Origin: a bacterium | GTDB lineage: Bacteria; Hinthialibacterota; Hinthialibacteria; Hinthialibacterales; Hinthialibacteraceae | Direction: 5' to 3' | Length of the DNA: 28,643 nucleotides | Assembly (NCBI GenBank): GCA_041946805.1 | Contig: JBHGBC010000070.1 | Coordinates: 1 to 28,643 of the forward strand | Shown: positions 1 to 9,062 of the stretch, piece by piece | Numbering within the stretch: the first letter of the stretch is position 1 | How the letters are laid out: each line of letters starts with the position of its first letter | Notes under the pieces: model-generated | What the model saw: the letters and a program-made list of their open reading frames with translations, nothing else | What the model was told of the DNA's origin: nothing | Databases searched by the model: none | Made by a program: the position numbers and the translations under genes

Positions 1-1547
1 AGGTGATCACGCCCGCCATCCAGCAGGTGATCCAGGCGCGGCGCGATCCCGAGTTCCGCCACGCGCTGCGGGACGCGGACTTGGTGGTGGCGGACGGCAT
101 GCCCGTGGTCTTGGCTTCACGTTGGCACAAGACCCCTCTCCAGGACCGTATCACCGGCGTCGATCTGGTCCCTGAAATCTGCCGGATGGCCGCTGGCGAA
201 GGCTACACGGTGTTTTTCTTCGGGGCGGAAGAGGGCGTGGCCGCGGAGACCGCCCGGCGCATGCTAGAACGGTTTCCGGATTTGCGCGTCGCCGGTTCCT
301 ACAGCCCTCCCCGGGGGTACATGGACAATCCGGTAGAAAACGAAAAAGCCCTTCAGGCCGTCCAGGCCGCCGCGCCCCAGATTCTCTTCACGGCGTTGAG
401 CAGCCCGGCCCAGGAAAAATGGCTGCACCGCCACCGCGCCCGGCTGGGCGTGCCCCTCATGATCGGCGTGGGCGGGGCGTTCAACATGATCACCGGCCGC
501 GAGAAACGGGCCCCGGCGTGGATCCAGCGCCTGGGGATGGAAGGGCTGTACCGGTTCGTCCAGCGGCCCCGCGAGATCGGGCGGCGGATCGTCATTAACG
601 TTCCTTACTTTTTCCTGCTGCTGTTCGACCGGTTGACGTATCGTACGCAAAAACGGCTGGCCCGGTGGCTCCGTCCGCTCATCCTGGCGGCCGGCGATGC
701 GCTATTGGCCCCCGCCGCGTTTCTGTTTTCGTACTGGTTCTATTTCCGCAGTGGGGTGTTCAACAACGCGGCCGATCCCTTCGCCGAACATCCCGCGCTG
801 CTCAACATGCCCGCCTACAGCGACCTGCTGATGGTCGTCTCGCTGCTGGGCGTGGCCTCGCTCTGGTTTTTCCGGCTTTATGAGCGCAACAAGTACATGA
901 CTTTCCAGGATTTGTTCGTCCGCCTGCTGAAAACCTCGTTGACCGCGGTCTTCCTGCTGATCGGCTTCCAATTCCTCTTCTTCAAACACATTTTCGCCGA
1001 ATACAACTTCCGGGGATTCTCCCGGGTGGTCTTTGGCTTCTTCGGTATCAGCGTGTTTTGGGCCTGGATGGGTTGGCGGTGGGGATTCACCGTTTGGGAA
1101 AAATGGCTGCACCGTACGGGCTTGAACCTGGACCGCATCATCATCGTGGGCGGCTCTCCAGCCCCCCACCGGATCGCCGAATCCATGCTGCGTCATCCCG
1201 AATGGGGAAACCAGCCACTGGGGGTGGTTGCCCCTGAAGGTCAGGCCTTGGATTCAGATAGCTCCATTCCCTGCCTGGGTACGATCCAGGATCTGCAACG
1301 CCTCCTCCCCGCCCGGAAGGTGGATGAAATCCTGGTGGCCGATCCCGGCCTGCCCATGCCCGGCCTGCTCGATGTGGTGCGCCTGTGCCGCGAACACCGG
1401 GTGAGGCTCAGCATCATCCCCTCCATCCATGAACTGCTCGGCGTCTCGTCCGAAATCAAGCGGATGGGCGAATACCGGGTCATCACCGTGTCACTCGACC
1501 GGTCCGCCGGGGAATGGTCCGCGCCGGACCAGGAGACCCGCGCATGA
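1..1547 (+). CDS. WecB/TagA/CpsF-family glycosyltransferase fused to a WcaJ/WbaP-like membrane + CoA-binding-like module (5' end lies outside the window)
   Basis: Frame is open from the window edge. TagA motifs ADLVVADGMPVV, RITGVDL, FFFGA, QEKW, IGVGGAF, RAPAWIQRLGMEGLYR. These are followed by about 4 TM helices and IIIVG...PLG...CLG...VDEILVA...IIP, as in the N-terminal part of sugar transferases. No Bac_transf catalytic domain. Confidence 0.85.
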   Translation, partial: VITPAIQQVIQARRDPEFRHALRDADLVVADGMPVVLASRWHKTPLQDRITGVDLVPEICRMAAGEGYTVFFFGAEEGVAAETARRMLERFPDLRVAGSYSPPRGYMDNPVENEKALQAVQAAAPQILFTALSSPAQEKWLHRHRARLGVPLMIGVGGAFNMITGREKRAPAWIQRLGMEGLYRFVQRPREIGRRIVINVPYFFLLLFDRLTYRTQKRLARWLRPLILAAGDALLAPAAFLFSYWFYFRSGVFNNAADPFAEHPALLNMPAYSDLLMVVSLLGVASLWFFRLYERNKYMTFQDLFVRLLKTSLTAVFLLIGFQFLFFKHIFAEYNFRGFSRVVFGFFGISVFWAWMGWRWGFTVWEKWLHRTGLNLDRIIIVGGSPAPHRIAESMLRHPEWGNQPLGVVAPEGQALDSDSSIPCLGTIQDLQRLLPARKVDEILVADPGLPMPGLLDVVRLCREHRVRLSIIPSIHELLGVSSEIKRMGEYRVITVSLDRSAGEWSAPDQETRA

Positions 1548-2524
1548 CGCTTCGCCTCCTCGAACGCGCCGCGCTGCCGGATGAGAAGCCCTATGACTTG
1601 TGGTGGAACCTGCTGTCCCGGATGGAGCGGTATTCTTTTTTCCACATGCCCCGCTGGGCGGAGTTGCTCACGAACACCCTGCCGGATTTACGCCCCTTCC
1701 ATCAGTGGCTGCGGTTTTCGGATGGGACCGAAGCGGTTCTGCCCCTGTTTATGCTCCCCAAACGGTTGGGTGTGATGAAATTGGAATCCCTGCCCTGGGG
1801 GACCTATGGCGGCCTGGTCTCTCCCGATTCTCTGTCCTGGGATCACTACCGGCTGGCGGTCCGGGAATGCCTTCGCCTGTTCCGCCCGGTTTGTCAGATC
1901 ACCCTGTCCCCCGGAGACTTCGAGCGGTTCCATTCGGCCTTGCACGCCGATGCCGCAATCCAAAACCGTGAGCGTAGCACGCATATCCTGCCCTTGAGTC
2001 GGCCGTTTGAGGAAATCTGGTCACGCCGGTTTCAACCCCGCAACCGGACGAATATCCGCCGCGCCCGGGAGCAGGGAGTGCGTGCCGAATGGTCGAACTC
2101 GCGTGAAGCCGTGCAGGCCATGAAGCAACTCTACCAACGGGCCACCCATCGCTGGGAAGGGGTGGAAACCGTACCGGAACGGTTTTTTGATTCGCTGGCG
2201 GATCTTTCGGGAGATGAAGTCCGAATCTGGCTGGCCCGGAAAGACGATGCAATCCTCGCGGGAGATATGGTGTTTTATGGGAAGGGGGAAGCGCAATATT
2301 TCGCCGGAGCCGGTGACGAAAGATTTCTGTCATTCCACGGAAGCAAATTGTTGATGAGCGAGATCATTCGCGATGCCTGCGAGCGGGGATTCTCCTGGTT
2401 CAATTTCGGGGCCAGCGGCGGTTTGGCCGGAGTGGAACAATTCAAGCGGATTTTTGGGGGCGAGACGGTTCCCTACGCTTCGATAGCCTGGCGGCATCCG
2501 GTGGCGCGCTGGGCATGCCGGTGA
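1544..2524 (+). CDS. FemAB-like / Acetyltransf_6 GNAT-family protein (likely envelope polysaccharide modification)
   Basis: ATGA overlap with the upstream stop. Motifs FFHxPxW, SLPWGTYGG, RTNIRRA, IIRDACERGFSWFNFG, GVEQFKRIFGG. Confidence 0.8.
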   Translation: MTLRLLERAALPDEKPYDLWWNLLSRMERYSFFHMPRWAELLTNTLPDLRPFHQWLRFSDGTEAVLPLFMLPKRLGVMKLESLPWGTYGGLVSPDSLSWDHYRLAVRECLRLFRPVCQITLSPGDFERFHSALHADAAIQNRERSTHILPLSRPFEEIWSRRFQPRNRTNIRRAREQGVRAEWSNSREAVQAMKQLYQRATHRWEGVETVPERFFDSLADLSGDEVRIWLARKDDAILAGDMVFYGKGEAQYFAGAGDERFLSFHGSKLLMSEIIRDACERGFSWFNFGASGGLAGVEQFKRIFGGETVPYASIAWRHPVARWACR

Positions 2525-2796
2525 GGGAAACTAGTCAGTGAATGAAAGCAACGGGAATGCAAAAAACCGATAACCTATGCTCCCTCCTCGTAAAGGGGGC
2601 AGGATATGGGAATACCATAATCCCCCATGGTATCCTGATTTCTATTCCATCTCCACCGGAGGCCTTTCGCCAAATGTGGTAAGAGCCATTTGCCCCGCAT
2701 CCCGGCGTTTTACATGATGGAAATCCGTGCCGGTTCGTTATTCTCATAGCGGCCGCGCTGGGAAAAATGAAAGATTCAGGGAGGGCGGGGATATAG

Positions 2797-2805
2797 TGGT
2801 ATAGT
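2797..2805 (+). promoter_or_regulatory. Putative extended -10 promoter element
   Basis: TGgTATAGT about 90 nt upstream of the ATG at 2898. Confidence 0.3.
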
Positions 2806-2897
2806 ATGAAAAAGGCTCGAACGGATAGGTATCGCCGCCACGATTGACATCCGTTTTTCTCTCTCTCAATCTCCCAAAGGCAGGTCATTGGATCACC

Positions 2898-5800
2898 ATG
2901 TTTGCATTATGTATTTTTCTATCTCTCTGGAAGCCGGTTCATCCGCTCCGCCTGTTTATCGCCGCGGCCATCTGCCTGATGGCCAACGTGTACACAGCGG
3001 ACGCTCTCGAAAACGCCTGGCTGGGATCGATCAACACCATCAATGACTTCAATCTGCTTTCCTTGGAAGACCACAGCCGGAGCGACTTGCTGCGCGTCAC
3101 CAAGTTCCTCATCCCCGCGCGCCAGGATCCGGCCTTGCTGCCATCCGTCTTCCAAAATGTAAACCTCTACCGCCTCCACCTGGAGTTCATGGTGAATGAG
3201 TTCCCGGAGCGCTTCGGGGGGTTGACCTCCACGGAGTACATGGAGCTGGTCTTTTCCGCAACGCGGACCTATTACGCCGGGGCGGTGTACCAATTCGAGG
3301 ACCGCAACGGCCAGATTCTGTATGGATTCAACATTTACGACTCACCGGATCACGTGGTGAATCCCGCCGAGGTGAAGGCGGTGTACGACATTCTCGCCGG
3401 GGCCATTCGCTTACGGCCGCTGGCGTATTCACCCATCAGCCCACGGGAGATCCAACAAGCCCGGCAATGGACCGATCCGGGCTTCCCCGTCTACCTTCCG
3501 GAGGGAATTGTCGAGCCGGGGTATGAATCCTATTCCCCCGGCACGGCGTACGGCCGCGTGCGGCGCTTCACCCTGGCGGCCTTGGAGACGGCGGTTCAGC
3601 AGGGCCGCCTCAGCTGGCAGGACATCGTGGTGGTGGATGCCGCACCCACGGACATCGAAACCGTGGTCGCGGGAGTGATCACGGGGACCCGGCAGGGCGA
3701 ATTGTCGCACATCAACGTTCGTTGCCTGCGCCGCGGGACGCCCAACGCCTATATTCAGAATCCATTGCCCGTGTTCGCGTCCTACGAAGGGCAACTGATC
3801 AAACTGGAGGTCTCCTCCGATGCGTATCAGATCGTTTACCCCGTGGATGTGGAAGAAGCGGAAGCCTGGTGGAAAGCGCACCGGCCCCAGATTCCCCCGC
3901 TGCCGCTTCCTGACGACACCGATTCCACGCTGCTCTCCTTGCCGGATATGGCGAAATCCCTGAATGGCGATGCACTGGTCCGCCGGTACGGAGGCAAGGC
4001 ATCGCAATTGGGAATTCTGTATTCCGTCATGGCGCCGCGCTACGAGGGGCAGCCGGACATTCCCATCCTGGTGGATGGCTTTGCGATTCCCTTTTATTAC
4101 TACACCGAGTTCATGCGGTCCAACTACATCCCCAATCCCCATGTGCCCAACGCCATGGTGACCTTGGAGGAATACATCCTGGGGCTGCTGGAAGATCCCC
4201 AGTTTCGTAGTGACAGCGAGTTCCGGCGGAGATCCCTGGAGGATTTCATGGAATACATCGAGGACTACGGCATCGTGCCCAACGCGTGGATCGAGGCGAT
4301 CATCGCTAAGATCGAGGAAGTGTTTGGATCGGACTCGGTGAAGGTGAGGTTCCGCTCGTCATCCAATGCCGAGGATGACGTGGCCTTCAACGGCGCGGGA
4401 TTGTATGATTCCACCTCGGTCTGTGTGGCCGATAACCTGGATGGCGATGATTACGGGCCCTCGCTTTGCGATCCCACCGCCAAGAAGGAACGCACGGTCG
4501 AACGTGGATTGAAACGTGTGTGGGCCAGCCTATGGAATCCCCGGGCGTTCGAGGAACGCGAATACTACCAGATCGAACATCGCAACACGCGCATGGGCGT
4601 GCTGGTCACCCTGGCGTATCCCAGCGAAGACAGCAACGGCGTGGCCTTCACGGGCGATCCGGCGACGGGGCGCAAGGATTACCTGGTCATCAACGTGCAG
4701 CAAGGCGATGAAAGCGTGGTGCAGCCGGGGACGGGGATCATTCCCGAAAAGGACATCGTTTATCTCGAATACGGCTGGCCCAGCCGCATCCAGCGCGCAC
4801 GGCCTTCTTCGCTCATGCCCGCGGGCGAATGGATACTCAGCGAGGAGCAGCTGTACGAATTGTCATCGCTGATGGTGGAGATCGACCAAAACATGCCCGT
4901 GAAAACCGGCGAATACACGCGCGATCAAATCGTATTCGATATGGAATTCAAATACGACCAAGGCCAGCTGGTCATCAAGCAGATCCGGCCCACGCTCATG
5001 GCCACGGCGGTGAATCCACCGGTGTTCCCCAGCGAAGTGATCTTGCGCATCCCGGAGAAAACCACGCTGGTGAAGCAATTCGAAGTGGGGCGCACGATCG
5101 AAGAGGAATACCAACTGCTCTCCCGGATTCAATTCAAGGCGGGAAAGTACCTGCTGCCCGTTCAGGCTGGGGAACACGAGTTGGAAATTGTTGAGGAGCT
5201 GGAATTCGGCCCGCGCCGAATCGTGGCGGTTCCCCTGGCGCCTGGGATCGTGCGCGTGGAAGCCTTCACGCGTCCGCAAAACGGCGTGCTGTTGCGGTAT
5301 GAATTCGAGGAAAAGTTCCGGGTTCAGGATAGGCCGGAGAAGACCTTGATCCTCACCATCCAGGGGTTGCAAATCCTCAATGAAAACAAACAGCAGTATA
5401 CAGTCGAGTTGGATACCGTGGTGCTGAGCTACGATCTCTTCACGCAGCTCCAGTGCGAGGAAAATGGGGAGATCAAGAACATTGCGTACGGCCCGGCTAT
5501 CGACCTCTCCGCGCAAGTGTATCTACACGAGGCGGTGCTGGAGGGCAATCAGACGATCAAGTTCTATGAGCTGATCAAGCGCCGCACGCAAGGTATCGGT
5601 ATCGCGTATGCCAACTTTGTCTTCGCCGACATGGAATTAAATGAAGGCTCGTTTCAGCCAAAGGACTACTGGCGGCTGGCCTATTCGGCCATGGGGCACT
5701 GCTGGAACGCGAAGTTCTGGGCCTTGCTCGACCAGCCCGTGGGCGATGTATATGGCGTGGCCTTGCTGACCACCACCATCCAGTGGGGCGCCAGCACCGA

Positions 5801-5930
5801 GGCGGAAGTCTTTCTGCTGGACAAAGACCTCAAGCCTCTGCGGAAGGTGGAGATCATTTCGTATTCGAAGCAAGAGATTGAAGAACTGCCTGATCCCATC
5901 ACCGCCGTGCCGGAGTGGGATTTCTATTAA
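2898..5930 (+). CDS. Signal-peptide protein with phosphohistidine swivel and PPDK_N (PEP/pyruvate-binding, ATP-grasp) domains, and a C-terminal TAVPEWDFY motif
   Basis: Hydrophobic N-terminus (LFIAAAICLMANVYTADA). His motif GELSHINVRCLRRGTPN. ATP-grasp motifs YGGKASQL, DGFAIP, RFRSSSNAED, GAGLYDS, KRVWASLW, DMEFK, KQIRP. Start uncertain (TTG 2844 or ATG 2898). Confidence 0.8.
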   Translation: MFALCIFLSLWKPVHPLRLFIAAAICLMANVYTADALENAWLGSINTINDFNLLSLEDHSRSDLLRVTKFLIPARQDPALLPSVFQNVNLYRLHLEFMVNEFPERFGGLTSTEYMELVFSATRTYYAGAVYQFEDRNGQILYGFNIYDSPDHVVNPAEVKAVYDILAGAIRLRPLAYSPISPREIQQARQWTDPGFPVYLPEGIVEPGYESYSPGTAYGRVRRFTLAALETAVQQGRLSWQDIVVVDAAPTDIETVVAGVITGTRQGELSHINVRCLRRGTPNAYIQNPLPVFASYEGQLIKLEVSSDAYQIVYPVDVEEAEAWWKAHRPQIPPLPLPDDTDSTLLSLPDMAKSLNGDALVRRYGGKASQLGILYSVMAPRYEGQPDIPILVDGFAIPFYYYTEFMRSNYIPNPHVPNAMVTLEEYILGLLEDPQFRSDSEFRRRSLEDFMEYIEDYGIVPNAWIEAIIAKIEEVFGSDSVKVRFRSSSNAEDDVAFNGAGLYDSTSVCVADNLDGDDYGPSLCDPTAKKERTVERGLKRVWASLWNPRAFEEREYYQIEHRNTRMGVLVTLAYPSEDSNGVAFTGDPATGRKDYLVINVQQGDESVVQPGTGIIPEKDIVYLEYGWPSRIQRARPSSLMPAGEWILSEEQLYELSSLMVEIDQNMPVKTGEYTRDQIVFDMEFKYDQGQLVIKQIRPTLMATAVNPPVFPSEVILRIPEKTTLVKQFEVGRTIEEEYQLLSRIQFKAGKYLLPVQAGEHELEIVEELEFGPRRIVAVPLAPGIVRVEAFTRPQNGVLLRYEFEEKFRVQDRPEKTLILTIQGLQILNENKQQYTVELDTVVLSYDLFTQLQCEENGEIKNIAYGPAIDLSAQVYLHEAVLEGNQTIKFYELIKRRTQGIGIAYANFVFADMELNEGSFQPKDYWRLAYSAMGHCWNAKFWALLDQPVGDVYGVALLTTTIQWGASTEAEVFLLDKDLKPLRKVEIISYSKQEIEELPDPITAVPEWDFY

Positions 5931-5936
5931 TAGATA

Positions 5937-6672
5937 CCTGCTACCGTGAACCAAACTTTCCGTGATTGCACTCAATACCTTGATAAATAATGACTTATGC
6001 AATATAATATATACAGCTTACTAGCCACCCCGGAGGTGAACAGCTTTCCGATGCTTTTTGACATCAAACAAGTCGATGAATCCCTCACCAGTCACAGCGG
6101 CCTGGCGTTGATGGGATTGCGTTTGCCGAAAACGAAAATTAAGGACCGGCTCAACGCGGTCCCTCTTCCCGGCCACCCGTACCCGGCGATCAGCCACGGC
6201 GACAACGCCCAGGTCATGATCGGATTGCTGTGTTTGGGCCAGCCGGATTTTGCCGCCATCGAAGCCTTTCGCGATGATCCCTTTTTCCGCGCCGCTTTGC
6301 ACCTGCGGCAGGTACCCTCCGAAGCCACCCTGCGACAGAGCCTGGACAGCGCGCGCGGGGCGTTTGACACGATCCTCAAGGAAGAAGCGGCTGACCTGAT
6401 CGCGCGCCACGCCTTCCGGATCACTCCCTGCCACCAGAATCTCGTGCCCCTCGATATCGACGTGTCCCCCTTCGACAACTCGGGCACCCGCAAGGAAGGC
6501 GTGTCGTGCACTTACAATCAGGTGGATGGCTATGCGCCGATCTTGGCCAACCTGGGCGAGGAAGGGTATTGGATCAACGCGGCATGGCGGGAAGGCAAGG
6601 ATTGGCCAAGATCATTTTTCGTGATGTAAGTTCCGCCGCGATTTTTGGGGAATCGTAGTTCACGGATTCAGG
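5937..6672 (+). mobile_element. Internally deleted IS1380-family insertion sequence (736 bp)
   Basis: Imperfect 17-bp terminal inverted repeats: CCTGCTACCGTGAACCA at 5937-5953 and the reverse complement of 6656-6672, CCTGAATCCGTGAACTA (13/17 match). They enclose a truncated transposase. Confidence 0.8.
6051..6629 (+). pseudogene. Truncated IS1380-family (DDE_Tnp_1_4-type) transposase
   Basis: ESLTSHSGLALMG, VPSEATLRQ and LDIDVSPFDNSGTRKEGVSCTY..DGYAP are typical of the IS1380 N-terminus. Similarity ends at REGK (about 6600), under half of a full transposase. GGAGGTG RBS at 6032. Confidence 0.85.
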
Positions 6673-6872
6673 TATTTGACATGGTGAAATTCTCTCGCGA
6701 TGGGAACATGGTTGCATTCGTAAAAGGGGATACCGTTTATCGCTACGACATCTCCGGCCTCGCCGCCGGGGTGAAGGGATCGGAAAATTTGCGGCAATAA
6801 TGGGAGAAACAAAACGCCTCCCTGTTCGTTCCTCCCTCCAGCGGTGTTTCCCCTTCCGCGGGGATTCAATCC

Positions 6873-7685
6873 TCAAAACAGGCTGACTTCCCGCCAGGCC
6901 GGGGTGGTGTCGTCCCGCCACAGGGCCAGGCCGTCGTGGGCGACGTAGACGGGGCCGTGGTAGTAGCGGCCGATCACGCGCCGGATTTCATACGGGGATT
7001 TGTCCTCCACCTCCGGGTAGAAATGGACCAGCAGCAAGGCTTCGGGCTCGGTTTCCCCCGCCAGGATTCCCGCGTCCTCCAAGGACATGTGCATGAAGAG
7101 CTGCGTCTCGCTGAAGCTGGCTTCGGCCACCAGGAGGTCCAGCCCGCGCAGAGACTCCGCTTGGTCCTCGAAGCGCCCGGTGTCGCCGGTGAAGGCCACC
7201 CGGGCGCCGGCGTCCGTTTGCACGCGGAGGCCGATGGAACCGTCGATGTGCCGGGAAGGCAGCGCCTGCGCCGTCATCCTGCCGAGTGTAATGGTCTGGC
7301 CGGTTTCCAGCGGGTGGGGGACGAAGATTTCGGCGTACATGCCCTCCAGCCCGGTGTGGTCCAACATTTCCTCCACGGCGGCCAGGGTTTCCCGGGTTCC
7401 ATAGAGGTTGACGGCCGGGCCGGGGCTGTAATCCGGCGTGTATTTCCAGGCCACGGCCAGACGGGTCAGGTCGACGATATGGTCGGAGTGGGCATGGGTA
7501 AGCCAGAGGTGGGTGATGGAATCCAAAACCCGGTTAATGGAACCCTCGAGGCAGCAGCGGCGAAACACCGCCCCGTGGCCGAAATCCACCTGCAGCCGGG
7601 TCCGCCCTTCCACGCATTCATAGCTGGACTGCAGGGAGAGGTTCGAGGAAGCGGATCCGCATCCATAAACACGCCACTCCACCAT
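6873..7685 (-). CDS. MBL-fold metallo-hydrolase (RNase Z/BN-like)
   Basis: GCGS N-terminus, VDFG, THAHSDH (HxHxDH), RH, FTGDT, EASF..HMS, LVHFYP. Confidence 0.85.
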   Translation of the reverse strand: MVEWRVYGCGSASSNLSLQSSYECVEGRTRLQVDFGHGAVFRRCCLEGSINRVLDSITHLWLTHAHSDHIVDLTRLAVAWKYTPDYSPGPAVNLYGTRETLAAVEEMLDHTGLEGMYAEIFVPHPLETGQTITLGRMTAQALPSRHIDGSIGLRVQTDAGARVAFTGDTGRFEDQAESLRGLDLLVAEASFSETQLFMHMSLEDAGILAGETEPEALLLVHFYPEVEDKSPYEIRRVIGRYYHGPVYVAHDGLALWRDDTTPAWREVSLF

Positions 7686-8230
7686 GAGTCAGGCTCCTTT
7701 TCCCAGGATTCATGCGTACCAACTGCCGTTGACGAACAATAACCAGCGCGCCGCGAACGAGTCGATTCTCCGAACCGGTTCCCGCCGGATGGCTTCCTGT
7801 TAACCATATATTTACCTGATTCTGAACCAAAAACGAAGCGCAGTCGGGATTCTCACAGGCGATTTCGTGTGGAAATCAATCTTCGGGCAGGCTGATAGGA
7901 GGAAAAACGCCGCGGCGCCTGGATCTCCATTTCCGCGGGGATCCAGGAATTTGGAGTGCAGGCGTTCGGCCCGCATCCAATCTCAATCGGATCGCATAGG
8001 AACAGCCGGGGTGACAATCCCTGGCGCCGTTCTCAAAGGGATCGGCATTTCAGGATTCGAATGATCTTGTGTTCAATCCTGGCGGGATAGTTGTTTTTCT
8101 TTCACAAAACCGTGAGCTGTCGTGTGCGGCTCTTCACCTGAATCCCCTGCGGGGATGAAAGTCTCCTGCATGACCGGGGCTTCGGGGTAAAGATCAGCGC
8201 CGGGGGGAGGGGATGGATTCGCCCGCGGGA

Positions 8231-8239
8231 TGATATACT
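8231..8239 (+). promoter_or_regulatory. Putative extended -10 promoter for the DUF4159 cluster
   Basis: TGaTATACT about 80 nt upstream of the ATG at 8318. Confidence 0.35.
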
Positions 8240-8317
8240 GTGGTTCAGGCGGCGCGCGAGGTGCACAGGAGCGCGTAACCATTCATTCCGTGAAACAGGA
8301 CAAGCGAGTCAGGATTC

Positions 8318-8980
8318 ATGAAGTGGAAATGTTGGGCGGTTGTGGCGCTGTCGTTTCTCGCCCTGGGGGCGGTCAACCGGCCGGACCAGTTGACGATCGC
8401 GCGGCTGAAATACGCGGGCGGCGGGGATTGGTACGGCAATCCGACCTCCTTGCCGAACCTTCTCCAGCAGTTGCGGGAACGGTTGGGCCTGGAAGCCGCG
8501 GCGGAAGAATCGGTGGTCCCCCCCGCGGATCCGGAGTTGTTCTCGTATCCCCTGGTGTATATGAACGGGCATGGGACTGTGCGCTTTTCCGACCAGGACA
8601 TCAACAACCTGCGGGAATTTTTCCGCCGCGGAGGCGTCTTGTGGGCCGACGACAACTTCGGGATGGACGAATCGTTCCGGAGAGAGATCGCGCGGGTGCT
8701 GCCGGATCATCCCCTGGAGGAGATACCCTTCGACCACCCGGTGTTCTCGGCCTACTATGTCTTCGAGAACGGGCTGCCCAAGATCCATGAGCATTACGGC
8801 GGCCCGCCGAAATTGTACGGAATTTACCTGGACGGGCGGCTCGCGGTTTTCTACACGTTCAACACGGATATCGGGGATGGATTGGAGAGCGAGGGGGTGC
8901 ATCCCCAGGATTCGGCGGAAATCCGCGAGCAGGCCATGAAAATGGCCATCAATATCGTGCTCTTTGTCCTGTCCAGTTGA
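8318..8980 (+). CDS. DUF4159-domain exported protein
   Basis: Signal peptide. IARLKYAGGGDWY.NP, YPLVYMNGHG, GGVLWADDN, PKIHEH, TDIGDG are characteristic of DUF4159. Confidence 0.85.
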   Translation: MKWKCWAVVALSFLALGAVNRPDQLTIARLKYAGGGDWYGNPTSLPNLLQQLRERLGLEAAAEESVVPPADPELFSYPLVYMNGHGTVRFSDQDINNLREFFRRGGVLWADDNFGMDESFRREIARVLPDHPLEEIPFDHPVFSAYYVFENGLPKIHEHYGGPPKLYGIYLDGRLAVFYTFNTDIGDGLESEGVHPQDSAEIREQAMKMAINIVLFVLSS

Positions 8981-9062
8981 CCATTCCGCTTCCCTTGGAC
9001 CTGGAATCCGGCATAATCAAAGGAAACACCCGATCATCCGATGGGCCGCCGTGGATTAAAGC

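Noticed and set aside
2535..2888. 117-aa minus-strand ORF and a small ATACCAT/ATGGTAT hairpin between the GNAT and dikinase genes
   Set aside because: Atypical composition, no motifs, overlaps the promoter region. The hairpin is too short to call.
2898..5930. Annotation as ppsA/ppdK
   Set aside because: No C-terminal PEP-utilising barrel, reversed domain order, and a signal-like N-terminus.
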